This document shows, one piece after another, positions 61,195 to 64,000 of a DNA stretch of 64,000 nt; position 1 is the first letter of the stretch, and every line of letters begins with the position of its first letter. The position numbers and the translations under genes are program-made. Under the pieces are notes generated by a model. That model saw nothing but the letters and a program-made list of their open reading frames with translations, did no database searches and was not told the origin of the DNA. Source of the stretch: Klebsormidium nitens (Eukaryota > Plantae > Klebsormidiophyceae); contig DF237070.1 of the NCBI GenBank assembly GCA_000708835.1, positions 62,001-126,000 of the forward strand, given 5' to 3'.

Positions 61195-61312
61195 CCCGGC
61201 GGCTCACATTATCGTCCACGTGGCATTATGTTACGTACTAGCTAGGACTCATGATGTCACCGCACCCTGCATGCATAGTAGAGATATCTGAGCACCATAT
61301 GAAAAATGTGAA

Positions 61313-61764
61313 ATGGAACCTTTTGCACTGAAGACGGTCCGACGGAAACATATACCATCCGCACCTAGGGTTGAGCCTAATGTCGCAAGTTTAAGCCCCA
61401 GGGAGTGTATCGTGGAACTCTATGTACGCAAACGACGTATCATGAAGAAACTGAATCAAAGCAACAAACCACGTAAGTTCAATAAGGATCACAACCTCGC
61501 TACATTTTATGCACAGGTAGGATCAGAAGGACGGTTCCATTTAAAGTGCTGATCTTGTACATACATTTATTGAGCTGCTCGTGCGTGTTTGCCTGATTCC
61601 TGTCCCAGTTGCGACCCAACTACAATATGTACATCTACAGTGGTTCACTTGACAAGCAGCTCTCTGAAAGGGAGGTTGTACAGAGCGGTATGCTTTGTAC
61701 ACAGCATGAAACCCCGCTGTATTACCCGTTGCATAAGAAAGGCCTACGGACTCGGAAACTCTAA
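61313..61764 (+). CDS. Candidate small orphan gene (119 aa, one 92-nt intron)
   Basis: 61313-61516 (CAG|GTAGGA) joins in phase 0 to 61609-61764 (cctgattcctgtcccag|). Product ...LYVRKRRIMKKLNQSNKPRKFNKDHNLATFYAQ|LRPNYNMYIYSGSLDKQLSEREVVQSG... No family recognised. Confidence 0.25.
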
Positions 61765-61864
61765 AGACTATCGTAAACGAACCCGACCTGGTACATCAAA
61801 GTAAGGGCAGCCGACATCTCCTCAGAGCGCACCCACTAGAGGACATCAAAAGCGGGCCACGGCT

Positions 61865-63588
61865 TCAACTGACAGTCGACCGCCCATCTTCTGCGTCTAC
61901 TGTCAGCCACTCGTTCCCGCTTTCGCTGTTGGTCCGGCTCCCGCCGTGATTGCTCGCGCTCGTCGCAGCGGGCGAGCTTGGGCTGCCTTCTCCGCTCGTC
62001 TCCTCGTGCTCCATATCACTGCTGCTGCTCACCGTTTTCAACCCCTGGCTCGCAGTTCGGTGCAACTGCACCCATCCCGCGCCCCGTGCAGGGTCCGAAG
62101 ACGACCCCGCCGAACGGTTATCGTCCGCTACTCTCGTGCCGATCGGCTTCAAAACCGGGACGACGTCCTGGCTGGCCCCCTCCTCCTCCTCCTCCAACTC
62201 GCTGAACGACGACTCGTCCTCTTCGTGGGGGTCGCTCTGCCCCTGCTCGCCGCCCCCCTCGCCGTCGTCGTCCAACCAATCATCCACGTCTTCCTCGTCC
62301 GCCCCCTCACGAGGCCCTGTTTGAGCAGGGCCCACCTTCCCTGCAGCCGCTGATCCGTCCCCGGCCTCTCTTTCCAGAGCCTCAGACTCCACCGCTTTTG
62401 CAGCGCTCACATCGGTCTGCTTTGTTGCTGGCCGGTCGCCCGCCTGCGAGGCCTTGTTTGCCGGCGTGTCGACAGTTTCCTTAGATGCTGGTGAACCTTT
62501 TACCGGGTGAAGGAGGGCCTGTTCAGCTGCAGGGCCTGGAACCCCAGTCTCGAAATTGTCGTCCGGCAGGGGTCCCCTTTCCTTCCGCAGCTTTTCCAGG
62601 AGCAGCTTCCGTTCCGTCAGGATCTGCAAGAAGGGTTGAAAGAAAGCAATTACTTCAGGACTGCCGGCATAACAGCGACAAATCCTTGCTAATGGAACAC
62701 CTTTGTCACTTCTACCCTTTCCGTACTACTGCAACAAGAAGCCTTCTCCCCCCAGAAATGGCGTTGGCTTGTAAACCTAGCTTGAGCTTGTAAACTGGAC
62801 GATCGAGCTGAGACAGGACGACGTAAGAAGAACGATTGGAAGGAATGTCTTTCGAAGTCAATCCCAACTACGTTTCAGTCACAGCAATGACTGTTCGCAA
62901 TTGCCATCGTACTCCTTGTAGAATGCTTGAAGATGCATGACAAGAGATGCCTGACTTGCTCAAATGAAAAGACTGGCTGTACTTCAAAAGAGCAACTCAG
63001 TTTGAAAACCGAAGGCACCTGAAAAAGGCTCACAAGGAGTTATGTCAACACCACCGGTGATTGGAAAGGCTAGGGATTCCATACGGGCTAAGAGAAGAGA
63101 AGCGGCAACCGGAAGGGTGCAACTACAGAGGCAGCCATATCCACTTGTGTTGTCCTTAGAGGATGAAAACTTTATGTTGTGAAAGATAAAGAGGTCGGAG
63201 GGCTGGGAAGCGTGTCTACTCAACCAAAAGCACGACCTGTGTGCTAACAGTAAGTAGGAACGAAGCTTCAGGGGCCAAGGCAGCAGCAAAGACGACTTTA
63301 CTACTTGCTCTGGTGCGGCGTGCCTTGGTGAAGATTGAGAGATGCACAAGTGTACAAGAGAAACGACAGGCTGGCAAACATGACGAACAAAGATAGGCAC
63401 CTCAGGTGTCAGTAGCTGTGCGGCGCCCGTGGTCCCCAGCCGCGAGGCGAGGAGCACAAAGTACACCCGCCAGAAGCGCTCCTCGGACATGAAGGCCGGG
63501 CAGAGCTCCGTTCGCATCGCTGCGATCTGGGGGGCTTCTTGCTCCAGGACGTAGACGTGATCTTCTTGGAGCTCCGTCAACGCCAACT
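61865..63588 (-). CDS. BSD-domain-containing protein, 3' exons (5' part lies beyond or near the right edge)
   Basis: Exon 63588-63401 encodes ELALTELQEDHVYVLEQEAPQIAAMRTELCPAFMSEERFWRVYFVLL (BSD core with LCP-x-x-MSEE-x-FW-x-x-YF). Final exon 62623-61865 encodes an acidic low-complexity tail with DVDDWLDDD and EWLTV. Confidence 0.88.
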
Positions 63589-64000
63589 CTGCACCACAAA
63601 AATGAGGCTTTCTTGATCAGAGGGTGGGGGGCAGGGAAGGGCTGAACTTCAAAACATTCCCTACTCGCAAAGAGGCCCTAACAAAGTGAAACTTGTAGTG
63701 CAAGCTGTGAACTGTGCGTAAGCACAGCCTTTCCAGAAGGGGACTGCCCATTAGCAACTAGTCAGCTTGCTTCACACCCTATCATCTTCTGAAGGGGGGC
63801 GTAGGAATGAAAATACCAGTCCAGTGTTGGGACTCGATCTCTTGATGAACACCAGAGCATGGGCATGGCAAGTTCGCTATACAATGAGTGATCAAAACTG
63901 CTAATTTGATTGTTCCGAGAACTACTAACTTCATCTCCTTCAGATAATCTGGATAGAGCTGCAGTTGCACAGAAGAAAATAGAAACAGAAGCAGCACTTG

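Overview
Gene-dense, intron-rich eukaryotic nuclear DNA. The gene set (plant-type organellar proteins, GT-AG introns of about 0.2-1.7 kb, GC3-rich exons) points to a streptophyte green alga such as Klebsormidium; this assignment is inference. Exon chains were assembled by hand. Genes: glucosidase II alpha (5' part), DDX10/DBP4 helicase, a patatin phospholipase, organellar AspRS, EIF1AD, NDUFB7, an HCF107/Mbb1-like HAT protein, an unannotated protein with three Cys4 motifs and two BRK domains, phosphomannose isomerase, DPH5, two tandem disrupted BTB/POZ genes, a CA1P-phosphatase-like protein and a BSD-domain gene (3' part). Two MITEs with intact TIRs and TSDs are present. The two most interesting observations are: (1) a stand-alone [C-x2-C-x7-C-x8-C]x3 + BRKx2 protein at 35877-40886; (2) a recurring architecture in which decayed copies of 'intron 3' end + exon start' sit just upstream of the functional splice acceptor, in at least seven introns of four unrelated genes.
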